From Octopus sinensis (taxonomy: Eukaryota), in assembly GCF_006345805.1 (NCBI RefSeq), contig NC_042999.1, positions 8,184,001-8,248,000 of the forward strand: a stretch of DNA of 64,000 nucleotides, read 5' to 3'. The position numbers were made by a program, and so were the translations under genes. Positions 39,011 to 53,000 of the stretch are shown here, one piece after another. The notes beneath the pieces were generated by a model, which searched no databases, was not told the DNA's origin, and worked only from the letters and a program-made list of their open reading frames with translations. How positions within the stretch are numbered: the first letter of the stretch is position 1; every line of letters starts with the position of its first letter.

Positions 39011-41361
39011 AATGGAACAAAAACGCAATAGAGAACATGAAAACATTCAGACAGATAGATGACACAAAGGTGGACAAGAGAAACAATTAGAAGGACAGGC
39101 AAAAAAAAGACAGGACATTCGTGGCTTTCTTTCCTCAATCAAGTTCCAGAAGTCACAACCATTTCACGCAGTTACACTTGAGATGGTTCGATCTGGTTGC
39201 CCCGCCCCCGCCAAAGTCTAAGCTAAGTATATATATATATATATATACTGGGCATGAACAAATCCCTATGTACGCACACATCCACATGCACACTTTTCAT
39301 ATATCATCTATGTTTATCATATGTGTGTGTGTGTGTGTGTATGTTATTAGCATGGTATAAAAAGTGATATCAACCTAGAAAGAACTTCTTATTTATATAA
39401 TGTTGAATTTGTCCTGGTATTTATAGACCCCTTAGCAAACATTTTAATGGGAAGAAAGTGATATTTGTATCTATCTACATATCTATTTATAAATGCATGT
39501 ATGTATATGTAAGTATATATACTTATGTATGTGTATGTGTAGATGTATTCACAGAGACACACACACACACACAAACACAAACATCTACAAATATGTATAT
39601 ATCATCATCATCATCATCATCGTTTAACGTCCACTTTCCATGCTAGCATGGGTTGGACGATTTTGACTGAGGGCTGGCGAACCAGATGGCTGCACCAGGT
39701 TCCAATCTTGATCTGGCAGAGTTTCTACAGCTCAATGCCCTTCCTAACGCCAACCACTCTGAGAGTGTAGTGGGTGCTTTTTACGTGACACTGGCACAGG
39801 TGCTAGTAAGGTGACGCTAGTAACAATCACACTCGAATGGTGCCTTTTATGTGCCACCGGCATGGAAGCCAGTTAGCTGCTCTGGCAATGATCATGCTCA
39901 GATGGTGCTCTTAGCACCCTACTAGCTTGGGCAAAGTGCCAGTAAGGTGACGCTGGTAAGGATCACACTCGAATAGTGCCTTTTACGTGCCACTGGCACG
40001 GAAGCTGGTTAGCCACTCTGTCAACATGTGTGTGGATAAGGAGGGTATATATCTATTCTGTTGGCATATCTAATCCTTGTGTGTGATATTTGAATTACCC
40101 CTCATACCAATAGATGTGTAAAATCTGGGCTGATCAATGAAAAACACCTGTTTGATAAAACAGGTGTTTTAACGAGAGATACAGAAGAGTTTTATGTTAC
40201 TGAGGAATGGAAGTTGGTGATCAGAGTATTGATGGAAAAGTTTGTGATCAGGAGCTGACCTGGAGGGGATCAAATATTATTTTTGTCCCCTTTGCTTTTC
40301 CAAATGTGGACCCTTCATTTGAATGACTATTGATTAATGTATAAAGATACATGGTGTGGGTCTCATGACTATGAAGGTGTTAGGTTTTGGTTCCTGGACC
40401 AACTAGCACATTATGTTTTGGGCAAAGTAATTCATTTCATGCTGCTTCAGTCTGACTACTGGTGCTGACCTCTGGATCCTTCCAGTTGCCACACCCTTAA
40501 TACTTAACGGGGGAGAGCTGAATCAGTGTCTGTCTGATCATGTCTTCACATGTACTTAAATCGATTAGAAAGAGTGTGGCACAAGCTACCCAGTCATACA
40601 CATTCACAAGTGGTGGCCTTTTTTATATTGCTTGATATTTAAATCTATAATTATAAATGCTTTTTAATTAGTTAATAATTTTTTACTAATATGTAAAATT
40701 TTTCCTTCTCCCAAACTACTCATTAAATTCTATGTCCTTGTAACTAACCATAATCTTCACAGCCCATTCCCTCTGTTTGTGATCCCCATCTCACCTTTCT
40801 CACAACTGCTCCTCTTCGCTTGATACTTGCCTTTCATTTGTTAGAATGCCCACTTTCTCAAATGGGTCCCCCTTTTTCTAATGGTTGATTCTGTTAACGG
40901 ACCCATATACCTTACACCTTCCAGCTGGAATGAAACATATGGCCTTCTGTAATGAATGACTTTAATTTAGTAGGATATGCTGGCCATGCTGGAGCACCAC
41001 CTTTAGTCAAACAGATCAAACCCAGGACTTATTCTTTGTAAGCCTAGTTCTTATTCTATCAGTCTCTTTTGCCAAACTGTTAAGTTACAGGGACATAAAC
41101 ACACCAACATCAGTGGCCAAGCAACATTGTGGGGGACAGGCACAAACATACACACAAATACACACACACACACACACACACACACATATTTATATATATA
41201 CAATAGACTTCTTTCAGTTTCCATCTACCAATTCCACTCACAAACTTTTTGGGCGGCCTGAAGCTATAGTAGAAGGCACTTGTTCAATGTGCCACAGAGT
41301 GGGACTGAACCCAGAACCATGCAGTTGGGAAGCAAGCTTTGTACCATACAGCCACTCCTGC

Positions 41362-41421
<60 letters not shown>

Positions 41422-41427
41422 ATCTAT

Positions 41428-41462
<35 letters not shown>

Positions 41463-41515
41463 TAGTGAGATAGATAGATAGATAGATAGATAGACAGATA
41501 GAGAGGTAGGTAGAT

Positions 41516-41596
<81 letters not shown>

Positions 41597-42697
41597 CAGA
41601 TATTGCTAGAGTCACTAAAGTGAGAGTAGCTACAAAGCCTACTTTAGAAAGTAAGTACTGTGGTTAATATGAAACACTTTAAGGCAGTGCTCCAGCATGG
41701 CCATAGCCTGGAGCAAGTAAAGACATATGTACCTGCATACATACTGACATTCGCCATGAACATATGCTCATGCACTTAGCATCATGTGGAGGCATAATAA
41801 TTACATACCTTAGATTCGTTATGCTTTCAAAATAACAAGTTTTCCAAAAGCAAAACCTGTCGTTATCTTGTAATCTACTTAAATGAAAGATTCAAAACAT
41901 GTGTGGAATTTGGTTGTTAACTTTAGCACATCACCCAGAACAAGAATTGGCACTTTAAATCCATCTCATTAACATTGCTCTAATTTCCTAAAATGGTAAC
42001 ATCAAATGACTGGAATTACTTTTATTTTGAAAAATCCATACTTTTAATGTTTTTTCTTTTTTCAAATCTACTTTAAATGTTGTCGGTTGGTAAAAATTCC
42101 CATGAAATATTCAAGTAAATCGTGCAGATTCAGTTGCACTACTGAGATGAAAGCTGAATCATACCACAAAGATATTACTGGTATTATTCTTTGATGACTT
42201 GGTACTGTGTAACTCTCATTAGTAAATCTTTAGTAGTCACGCCAGGCAGTTGACAGCATTGGTGTATCAATTACTACAATATATTATTTAGACACACACA
42301 TACATACACACATGTACACAGACACATACCTATAGTAATAATAAACATGGAAAATGTAATTGGTAATTTCAGCCTTATAAAACGTACACGTGTTTCAGTT
42401 AATCATGTGTTCTTATTACCTAAGGCCATTTGGTATAATATGATTGGTTCACTTCTTCAGTATTTGCAGCAGAAAATGCAAGCTTAGTGAGATGCTTGGC
42501 CTGATATATTCCAGCTGTGCAAATTACATTCAATATTATTAGTGAAGCAGAATAGAAATAATAATGTGAAGTAATAGTGAACTGTTAAGAGAAGATAGAG
42601 AAAAGGTTGACTCAACACACAACACACACACAACACAACACATAAATATATATATATAGTGTGTTTATATGGATATGTGTGTGCATGTGTGTAGATA

Positions 42698-43095
42698 TCT
42701 TTATATATAAAAGTGAGGTTGTGTGCTGTCTGTCTCCTACGATTTAGATTCCTAACTACTCCCACATTTTGCGATGCAGTTTAACCAAAACCGGGTATCT
42801 TATAGTCGTGATTCATATCGAACCCTTCTGGGTATTAGCGCGTGTCTACGATGAGTCTACGATTTAAAAAAAAATTTACCATAATTTTTTTCCATTTTAA
42901 TGCATTTTTTTGCTATTATATAAGGGAAGTAACTCTCTAAAAATTTATTATTAAATCTCAGAACGTAAAAAGCTACAGTAACACCCCCCCTTTGTGGTTA
43001 GCCATATTGAGATGGCTATTATACTTTACATCTCTAAAAATGCTTATATAGTTATTTCCCTTACAAACCCAAGCAACGCCGGGTGATACTGCTAG
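42698..43095 (+). mobile_element. Non-autonomous Helitron-like element
   Basis: A|TCtttatatataaaagtgaggttgt ... acccaagcaacgccgggtgatactgCTAG|T: 5' TC, subterminal hairpin, 3' CTAG, AT target and no TSD. Confidence 0.75.
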
Positions 43096-43129
<34 letters not shown>

Positions 43130-44205
43130 CATGTGTGTAAATATATATATGTGTGTGTGTGCATGTGTGTAAATATATATATGTGTGTGTGTGTGTGTGT
43201 GTATACTTGCAAACAGAACAGGATTGCAAGGACACAAACAAAATATCGATTACGCAAGTCCAGAGTCAGCTCCTTGCTTTTGGGGCCAGCAGACCACCGG
43301 TGCTCCACCTGTGGCAGAGCCTTGCAATCATGCATCAGTCTGTTTGGCCCCAGCCGGACACATTGTGCCCCATCTTCTACCCTCATGTCATGTCCTCGGT
43401 CATTGTCAACAAAGATGAGCTAATATGTATATGTGTCTGTATGTATGTATATATATATATATATATATATATGCATATGTATATGTATGCACATCTCTCT
43501 CTCTCTTTCTCTCTCTCTCTCTCATGCCTCTTTATTTAGACTATTTTCCTTAGTCATTGCATGCTGATTGCCGTAAGCATTAAGTTTAAATAAAAATACC
43601 ATTACATATATATACGTACATATATATTATATTATATTGAGGGTACTACTATTCATAGATACCAACACGCTAAGAGGGACCAATGCGGTCAAAACTACTA
43701 AAAATAAACAAAATTTTACCGAATGCAAAACTTCAAAACACATCATTTTAAAAAAGAATTCAGTTACATATCACATGGGATTTCGCATTTAATGCAGAAT
43801 ATGCATTTCATGTTCGTCAGTGCAACAAACTCAAGAAATATAAGAAAAAACATAACATTACAAACTCGATAGCCAACCGTAGAATTCGTCGTAGCATGTA
43901 CGAATGTTTATCCTTACATATCTATGAAAATGGCGGGCTTTTTCGCAATGCATTTCGGTAACAAATTGCCTAGTCGGAATAAAAATTCAGTATTGAACTA
44001 TTCCGGTGAAAAATATAAATTAACAATTGAGGATAAAATCTTTAAAAGAAATTATCAGTAGTCAACGTACATATATATACATAAATACATGCAGTAAATC
44101 TGTGGATAACAACAGGTAATGAAACTGTGTCAGTGCTTTACTGGTCATCCATTTATAAATTTTGTATCAATTTCTCCATTATAATATATATATATATATA
44201 CATAC

Positions 44206-44308
<103 letters not shown>

Positions 44309-44704
44309 TGGAGGAGTGGCTGTGTGGTAAGTAGCTTGCTAACCAACCACATAGTTCCAGGTTCAGTCCCACTGCATGGCACCTTGGGCAAGCGTCTTCT
44401 ACTATAAGCCTCGGGCCGACCAAGCGTTGTGAGTGGATTTGGTGGATGGAAACTGAAAGAAATCCGTCATATATATGTATATATATATGTGTGTGCGTTT
44501 GTTTGTGTGTCTGTGTTTGTTCCCCCCTAGCATTGCTTGACAACCGATGCTGGTGTGTTTATGTCCCTGTCACTTAGCGATTTGGTAAAAGAGACCGATA
44601 GAATAAGTACAGGGCTTACAAAGAATAAGTTCCGGGGTCGAGTTGCTCGATTTAAGGCGGTGCTCCAGCATGGCAGCAGTCAAATGACTGAAACAAGTAA
44701 AAGA

Positions 44705-44753
<49 letters not shown>

Positions 44754-44922
44754 CAATTCTAGGTTACCTGTCTCATGAAGAACCATGTCTCTTATCTCTG
44801 GTTGATACAATGATATCTAATAGCGTCTGAGCTTCATTTTCGATCCTAAATGATGGAAACTTTCTAAATTCCAGTGTTTCAGTTTATTTATTTGTCTTCT
44901 TCAATTGTGTTTGATCTTCCAG

Positions 44923-45206
44923 TAACAACAAGCAGTTACCATCAGTCGTTCTTGGTATTCCACGAAGAGGGCTACATTGTCTACGAGCCAAATGACTGTG
45001 TCATCCGCAGAGATGTTGGAAAGGATTACGGCAATTTCAAGTTTATCCCTGAAAACCTTGATGCTCCACCGTCCTTATGCGAAGAAAACAAGCCGTGCAG
45101 CTGGGGCTCAGCTGTGAACATCAAAAATAAGTACATCTACATAAGCCAACCGAGACAAAGTAGAGTTGTGGTGGTTGAGATTACTCATAGATGGAACCCT
45201 GTCCAG
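44923..45206 (+). CDS. FSTL5: FSTL4/5-like exon E: start of C-terminal beta-propeller-like region
   Basis: Acceptor gatcttccag|, donor CAG|gtaggt, phase 1 to 0. (V)TTSSYHQSFLVFHEEGYIVYEPNDCVIRR...CSWGSAVNIKNKYIYISQPRQSRVVVVEI...VQ parallels vertebrate FSTL5 FYVFYEDGIKVIQPIEC...CVWASAVNVKDKFIYVAQP (recalled). Confidence 0.93.
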
Positions 45207-45256
45207 GTAGGTTGACCTGATTTAACTTTTTATTGAAATAGAAAAAATAATTTAAG

Positions 45257-45767
45257 GTAATCTTGATTTTCAGCTGAAAGTGGAGGTTGTGTTAGAACAG
45301 GAAGATACTGTATTATTTAGCCCGACAGAACCTCTCATAAGGACTTATTGTGCATAAAAGCATTCAAAATTATATTGTTGACCAATGATCCTTGTCTGCC
45401 AATGATATAATTTCAAGTGCTTCGGAGTCCCCTCGATCGGGGCTGCCCAGAGCGGGTGCCAGGCCCATTCGGAGCCGGCGGCGATCGGCGGTGTTCATCG
45501 GCCCAAGAGTCGGGTTGCTTGAGAACGCAGCCCAAAGCGGGTGGTAAGCTCCATCCAAGGCTAAATAGGGGGACGAGTCTGATAGCTGACAAGTACCGCG
45601 AGGGAAAGTTGAAAAGAACTTTGGAGAGAGAGTTCAAGAGACCGTGAAACCGCCCAGGGGTAAACGGGTAAATGGTGTCCTTACGAGAGATTCTAACATG
45701 GTAAATAAATAACAGAGTATTCTGGGACCTAGCACAACCTCCATGTAAAGCTGAACGCCAAGACTAC
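45257..45767. mobile_element. Putative MITE or fold-back element with ~90-bp degenerate inverted repeats enclosing the 28S fragment
   Basis: 45257-45344 versus the reverse complement of 45677-45767 share gta.tcttg, ttcagct, tggaggttgtg.tag, atact, agaa.ctctc and taaggac in order. Confidence 0.6.
45414..45668 (+). pseudogene. 28S (LSU) rRNA fragment, D1 to start of D2; not a functional rRNA gene
   Basis: Contains the conserved LSU stretches gagtcgggttgcttgagaacgcagcccaaagcgggtggtaagctccatccaaggctaaata and aagtaccgcgagggaaagttgaaaagaactttggagagagagttcaagag..gtgaaaccg..ggtaaacggg. GC-rich island in an AT-rich intron, with no other rDNA nearby. Confidence 0.95.
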
Positions 45768-46011
45768 ATTTTGCTGTTGATACTGTTTCTGTCACTATTA
45801 ATTATTTTTTATGATTTATGATTTGTTACTTAAATTATGTCCCAAAATTTTGAATTATTTATTCAAAGCAACAGACGTTTGGTATTAATAATTCTACATT
45901 TTAGCCAAAGTTTTAAAAAAATAATTAACTTTTTATAACTGTCGTTCAGTCTTTCTAATTCTTAATTAAAGTAATTGTAGATTTTGCAAATATTGTAGTG
46001 TTGCAAGAGAG

Positions 46012-46059
<48 letters not shown>

Positions 46060-49000
46060 GTTAATGTCTGTTTTCCATGCTGGCATCGGTTGAGTGGTTT
46101 GACCGAAAACTGGTAAGCTGGAGAGCTGCACCAGGTTCCAGTCTGATCTGGCAATGTTTCTTATTTCTTTACTACCCACAAGGGGCTAAACATAATGAGG
46201 ACAAACAAGGACAGACAAACGGATTAAGTCGATTATATCGACCCAGTGTATAACTGGTACTTATTTATTCAACCCCGAAAGGATGAAAGGCAAAGTCGAC
46301 CTTGGCAGAATTTGAGCTCAGAACGTAGCGGCAGACGAAATACGTATTTCTTTACTACCCATAAGGGGCTAAACACAGAGGGGACAAACAAGGACAGACA
46401 AACAGATTAAGTCAATTATATCGACCCCAATGCGTAACCGGTACTTATTTAATCAACCCCGAACGGATGATTGGCAAAGTTGAATTTGAACTCAGAACGT
46501 AAAGACAGACAAAATACCGCTAAGCATTTCGCCCGGCGTGTTAATGTTTCTGCAATATTTCTTCCGAATACCAGCCACTCTGAGAGTGTAGTGGGTGTTT
46601 TTTTTTATGTGCCACCAGCATGGGTGACCTGGCACTAGCACTGGCTATGACTATGGTCTCACCTGGCTTCAAAGGTCTGCACAAGCATGGTATATCGTCA
46701 AAGGTCTTGGTCACCTGTCACTGCCTCCATGAGGCGCATTGTTTGAAGGATACATTTTACTTGCCACCTGCACAGGTGCCACTCAGACAGCACTGGTATC
46801 AGCCACAATTATGATTATGCCAATAGTAAACATATGTACTGGTTATGTTTCACTTTTATCATTATAAGTCCAATCAAAATGGTGGAAAGCTGGCAGAATC
46901 GTTCGCACGCTGGGCAAAATGTTTAGTGACATTTCATTCGTCCTTACGTCTGAGTTCAATTCCTGCTGATGTCAACTTTGCTTTTCATCCTTTCAGGGTC
47001 AATGAAATAAATACCAGTCATGCACTGGGAACTACGTAATTGACTAGCCCCCTCCCCTAAAGTTTCAGCCCTTGTGCCTACTGTAGAAAGGATTATTATT
47101 ATTATCATTATTTTTATTATTATTATTATATTAAGATGGTGAAGGGCTTAGGTTAGCGAACGTTGTACTATAAGTAAATAATATTGTTTAAGGCGGCGAG
47201 CTGGCAGAAATGTTAGAACGCCTGGCAAAATGCTTACTGGTATTTCGACGGCCGCTACGTTCTGAGTTCAAATTCTGCCGAGGTCGACTTTGCCTTTCAT
47301 CCTTTTGGGGGTCGATTAAATAAGTACCAGTTATGCACTGGGGTCGATATAATCGACTTAATCCGTTTGTCTGTCCTTGTTTGTCCTCTCTGTGTTTAGC
47401 CCCTTGTGGGTAGTAAAGAAATAGGTATTTTGTGTCTTTACGTTCTGAGTTCAAAATTCCGCTGAGGTCAACTTTGCCTTTCATCCTTTCGGGGTCGATA
47501 AATTAAGTACCAGTTGAGTAATGGGGTCGATGTTATCAACATGTCTCCTTTCTCAAAATTTCAGGACTCGTGTATATAGAAGGAAGGAGTATTATTAGTT
47601 AATTGATTGAGTATTTAATTAAATAACTAATGGCTTGTCTGATTAATTACTCAGTGAATCAATCAACCAGCTGATTTGTCAAAATTCTTTCATTGCCATT
47701 CGCAAGCTCGTTAATGACATGCCCTCTCTGCTCCAGTGAGGGCATGTCATTAACGTAAGTGAGTAACCATTTAATTGGTTAAATGGTTACTCACAGAGCT
47801 GGTTACCTGGTTTCCAAAGAGTATAAATGACTGAGATCCCATCATTCCCTTTTAATGGGACCCTAGCCAGTCATAGGGTAACTCTTTTATAGCTAAATGG
47901 ACTGAGCTGGAGCAACATGAAATCCTGTGTTTTGTTGAAGAACACAACAGAGCACCTGGTCTGGGAATCTAAGGGATGAACTTGTAATCCTGGGTGCAAG
48001 ATCCTCACCCCTATGCTGTACACCTTCACAGGTTCACAATGCCTGAAAAAAAAAAACGAATGCAGAGATTGCTGGGGTGAAAGGTCCTAAAAAGGTGATG
48101 GGCTCGTCCCTTCCTCTGGACCAATCTGATGAAAAAAAAAAAATCAAAGAAAACTATCTGGATTATTTTTTACTTCGTTCTTCCCTCCTCTTAGACTTGG
48201 TCTCAGTCTAAATGCCAACAATGTTGTGTGATGTAGCAATAGTGCATGGCTTAATGGGTAGTGTATTCAGCTCACAGTCATAAGATCCCGAGTTCAATTC
48301 TTGGTGGTGCATCGTGTTGTTGAGTGGGACACTTTATTTCATGTTACTCCTGTCCCCCCACTCAGCCAGCAAAAATGAGTTGTACCTGCAATTCAGAAGG
48401 GTCACCCTTGTTACCTTTGGCATCACTGAATCTCCCTGAGAAATACGTTAAGGGCAGAAATGTTAGCACGCTGGGTGAAATGCTTAGCAGTATTTCGTCT
48501 GCCGCTACGTTCTGAGTTCAAATTCCGGCAAGGTCGATTTTGCCTTGCATCCTTTCAGGGTCGATTAAATAAGTACCAGTTATGCACTGGGGTCGATGTA
48601 ATCGACTTAATCCGTTTGTCTGTCCTTGTTTGTCCTCTCTGTGTTTAGCCCCTTGTGAGTAGTAAAGAAATAAGTATGGGTCTCTGACGAGGGCCCAGCC
48701 ACTTGAATGTCAATTTCAAAAGCAGGCTGTTCCGTTGATCAGATCAGCTGGAAACCATCTCATCATAGCTGTTGTGGCAAGAGTCACAACACCCCTCTGC
48801 AAGAATAGACTTGACTGAACGACTATAAATAGTAGCTGTCTGAGTGAGAGACAGTGGGTAGAAGGCGTTAATCACAGGAAGCCGTCGGGTGTCGTTTTGG
48901 CAGTTTGTCGGAATATCATTTGTTGGTTCGATTGTTACGTTGTTGTTACCCTACTTCGTTATATGTTTTATTCGTTAAGGTGGAGAGCTGGCAGAACTGT

Positions 49001-49841
49001 TAGCATGCCGGGCGAAATGCGTAGCCGTATTTCGTCTGCCGTTACGTTCTGGGTTCAAATTCCGCCGAGGTCGACTTTGCCTTTCATCCTTTCGGGGTCG
49101 ATAAATTAAGTACCAGTTACGCACTGGGATCGATGTAATCGACTTAATCCGTTTGTCTGTCCTTGTTTGTCCCCTCTGTGTTTAGCCCCTTGTGGGTAAT
49201 AAAGAAATCGGTATTTCGTCTACCGTTACGTTATGAGTTCAAATTCTGCGGAGGTCGACTTTGCCTTTCATCCTTTCGGGGTCGATAAATTAAGTACCAG
49301 TTACGCACTAGGGTCGATGTAATCGACTCAATCCATTTGTCTGTCCTTGTTTGTCCCCTCTGTGTTTAGCTCCTTGTGGGTAGTAAAGAAATATATATAT
49401 GTTTTATTCGTTTCTGCTCTAGGCACAAGGCTGGAAATTTTAGGGGAGGGCGCCAGTCAATTAGATCGACCCAGTACGAAACCAGTACCTAGTTTATCGA
49501 TCCTGAAAGGATGAAAGGCAAAGTCGACCGTGGTGGAATGTTATATATTTCCTTATTACTACACAGTTATTGTGTAAACAAGTATTGTCTTAAATAATGG
49601 CAATAATTGGTGACGAGTAACTATGTTACAAATATAACCGAATGCTGATTAGTTTTCTGTGGTATTTTACCAACTTCAAAAACTTACAGAAATTAGATAT
49701 TTTCTTTTTCTGCAAGTAACATTTGTTTCAAATCTTTTATGGTTTCTTTAAACAATAAAGTATTTTAATTCTGATTAAGTGTTGCGTTAATTGCTTTAAT
49801 ATTTCAAATTGATTTACGCCTTAATGAATATATAATTGCAG

Positions 49842-50027
49842 GTAATTTACACTGACAAAGACCCTGTTTCAATGTTTTACATTGAAAGTTTGGATCAAGT
49901 CTGGGTTCTGTGCTGGAATAATGAAGTTGATACTGGTTCCAAGACAATTGTTGTCATCCGAGAAGCATCACAGGACAAGCAGCATCATGCTGTTCATACA
50001 CAACCGATTGGAAACAGATTCGATTTG
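49842..50027 (+). CDS. FSTL5: FSTL4/5-like exon F
   Basis: Acceptor aattgcag|, donor TTG|gtaaga, phase 0 to 0, 62 codons. VIYTDKDPVSMFYIESLDQVWVLCWNNEVDTGSKTIVVIREASQDKQHHAVHTQPIGNRFDL; DQVWVL.W and HH..HTQP.G..FD are FSTL4/5 signatures. Confidence 0.95.
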
Positions 50028-53000
50028 GTAAGAATTTACAGTTTTGGCCAGAAAAATACGTTTTTAACTTTTCTTTCTTCTCTTCCTTCCACTTTCAATG
50101 TCTGTTATTAACAACAGCAACAACATCTTTATTTTAATGCCCCCCCCCCACCACCACCATCATCATCATCATCATTGATGCTACACCACTTGTGCTATCA
50201 TCCTTTCATCATTATCAGCATTGTCATCATCATCATCATCATCGTCGTCGTCAACATAGCTACATCATCGTCTTCATCGTCATCATCATCATCATTATCA
50301 ACATAGCTACATTCATTATTGTCATCTTCAACATCATCATCCTCCTCCTCATCATCATCGTCATCATAATCATCATCATCATTATCATCATCATCATCAT
50401 CACCATCATCATCGTCAACCTAGCTATATTCATAATTGTCATCATCACCATCATCATCATTATTATCGCCAACATAGCTTCATCATCATCATCGCCATCA
50501 TCATCATCAACCTAGCTACAGTCATTATTGTCATCATCACCATCATCGTCATCGTCACCATAGCAACATCATCCTCATCATTGTTGTCATCATCATCATC
50601 ATTACCATCCACATAGCCACCTTCATTATTGTCATCATCATCGTCATCATTATCACAACCACCACAACCATCATCATCACCCCCATCTTTTAAAGTACTG
50701 AATGAACAGACTCAGATGTTTGTTGTTTGCTGTGGTGAACAAAGTCGGAACTGATAAAAATGGGTGAAAGCCAAACTTGTAAATGTTCCAAAACTTGTAA
50801 GATGTTCCAAACCTTCATGCTGACATTGGTGGAATTGTTTTGCTTTTATTCAATAACCTGTCAGGAATTTGACAACAAAGCTTCAGAGTTTTGATTTTGA
50901 TTGGGCCATTAGCAAGATCTCACCATTCTATAGATAAATCTTTGGTCAGCCACAACTGGAGACTGATTTCATTGTATCTTCTGCTCAATCTTGTCTTCCA
51001 TCGTATTAAATTTCCTCAGCATTTTAGCAGCATTGAAATGTTATTTTAGTTTATGCTGTTCTTCTTTTGTTTTCCTTTGTTTGTTTTTTTTATCAACAAT
51101 AAATGTTTTTTCTTTGTTTGTTGCTGTTTTTGGTCTTTTATAAAGAACAACCATAAAAAGCAAAAATCCAGATAAGCTAAGGTTTAAAATAGTAGATTTG
51201 TGATTTTCTTATGACGGGTGATATCAATTTTCTTTTATTTTCCCAAATCCTGCTTGAAATTGAATAGCATTTCCAATCAGCGTTATTTTGGAAATGGTTG
51301 TATCATAGCAACAGCCTTTTTTTTTTTTTTGTATATATTTTTACCAGAAGCAAGTTTGCTGAAGGGGAAGAATCAAGCAATTGTCTGATGAATTGTTCTG
51401 TTGAAGAACTTTGTTATACGATACAAAAGCTTCCAAATAGAAAATTTTGTTCGAAGGTATAGAACAAGTTAGAGGCCTATAAAAATTGCTAAAATCAATA
51501 ATATCCTTTTTCCAATAGTTTTCTTCCAGATAGAACCGCAAATTGCTATTAATAACCATCTTATGGGACCTACACTTAGAAATGGTTATTAGTTTTAACA
51601 TGGTCAGCTATAATGGCATGAGAAGAATTATCATTCAAGTAAAATGGTTCCTGACAATAATTGACATTTAGAATTGTTTGGTTGTAGAATTGCTGGTTGA
51701 ATTCATTAGAAAAGCTGTAACAGACTCTGTCCTCAAGGTTTGTTTCTGGTGTGCATGTGTGTAGGTCACAGCTGCAGTCATTCCCAACATTACAAAATAT
51801 TCAACCATCAAAAATTGGTGTGCCTAAGTTTTATCTCTGCTTGTTTGATTGTTTGTTTGTGTGTCTGCTTTTGATATCTGAAAAGACAACAAGCAGTTCA
51901 GTGTTTATGTTAATATTTACTAAGGAAATGAATTTTTTAAAAATTGATTATTTTCTGTTAGCGTAGGAAATTTCTAACTTGTACCAAGCTATTGAGGTTT
52001 TCAGAAAGCTTACTACCATTATTCAGATCTTCACATACTTTCAAACCTTCATCATCAATATCATCCAAATATACAGATACACGCTCGAACACACATCATC
52101 ATCATCATCACTATTGCTGTTTAACGTCCGCTTTCCATGCTGGCATGGGTTGGACGATTTCACTGAGGATTGGTAAACCAGGTGGCTGCACCAGGCGGCT
52201 GCACCAGGCTCCAGTCTGAACTGGCAAGGTTTCTACAGCTGGATGTCCTTCCTAATGCCAACCACTCTGAGAGTGTAGTGGGTGCCTTTTACATGCCACT
52301 GGCACGGGAGCCAGTCAGGCGGCACTAGCTTCAACCATGTTCAGATGATGCGTTTTACATGCCATCTGCATGGAATCCAGTCAGGCAGCACTCAACTGGT
52401 ACTTTTACGCGCCACTGGTATGGATGCCAGTCAGGCAGCACAGGCATTGGCCACGACTACGAAGAGCATCAAGTTCAATAGTGTGGACACACTGCTTAAT
52501 GGTCAGCCACTTTACAAAGTGTACTGTGTGCTGTTTATTTGGGCATCACCAATACTTTTTACATGGCACCATCAGCAGTGCTTCTTTATGTGGAACCAGC
52601 ACTTTTTGGTGTCTTTTCTGAACCAATGCTTTTTACAATGCTACATCATCATCATCATCATCGTTTAGCGTCCGTTTTCCATGCTACCACGGGTTGGACG
52701 GTTCGACCGGGGTCTGGGAAGCTAGGAGGCTGCACCAGGCTCCACTCTGATCTGGCAGTGTTTCTACAGCTGGATGCCCTTCCTAACGCCAACCACTCCA
52801 TGAGTGTAGTGGGTGCTTTTTTACATGCCACGGGCACAGGGGCCAGGGGAGGCTGGCAGCAGCCACAATCGGTTGGTGCTTTTTACGTGCTACCGGCACA
52901 GCCGAAGTAGAAGACATCTGTCCAAGGTCCCAGGATGTGAGATTGAACACACGACCATTTACTTATTTAGTCAGTGCTGTATAAAACATTCAGTGCGGTA

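Noticed and set aside
45370-45647. Three short ORFs over the GC-rich island
   Set aside because: Spurious frames of the 28S rRNA fragment.
45414-45668. Functional rRNA gene
   Set aside because: Only about 255 nt, with no 18S, 5.8S, ITS or remaining 28S; intronic.
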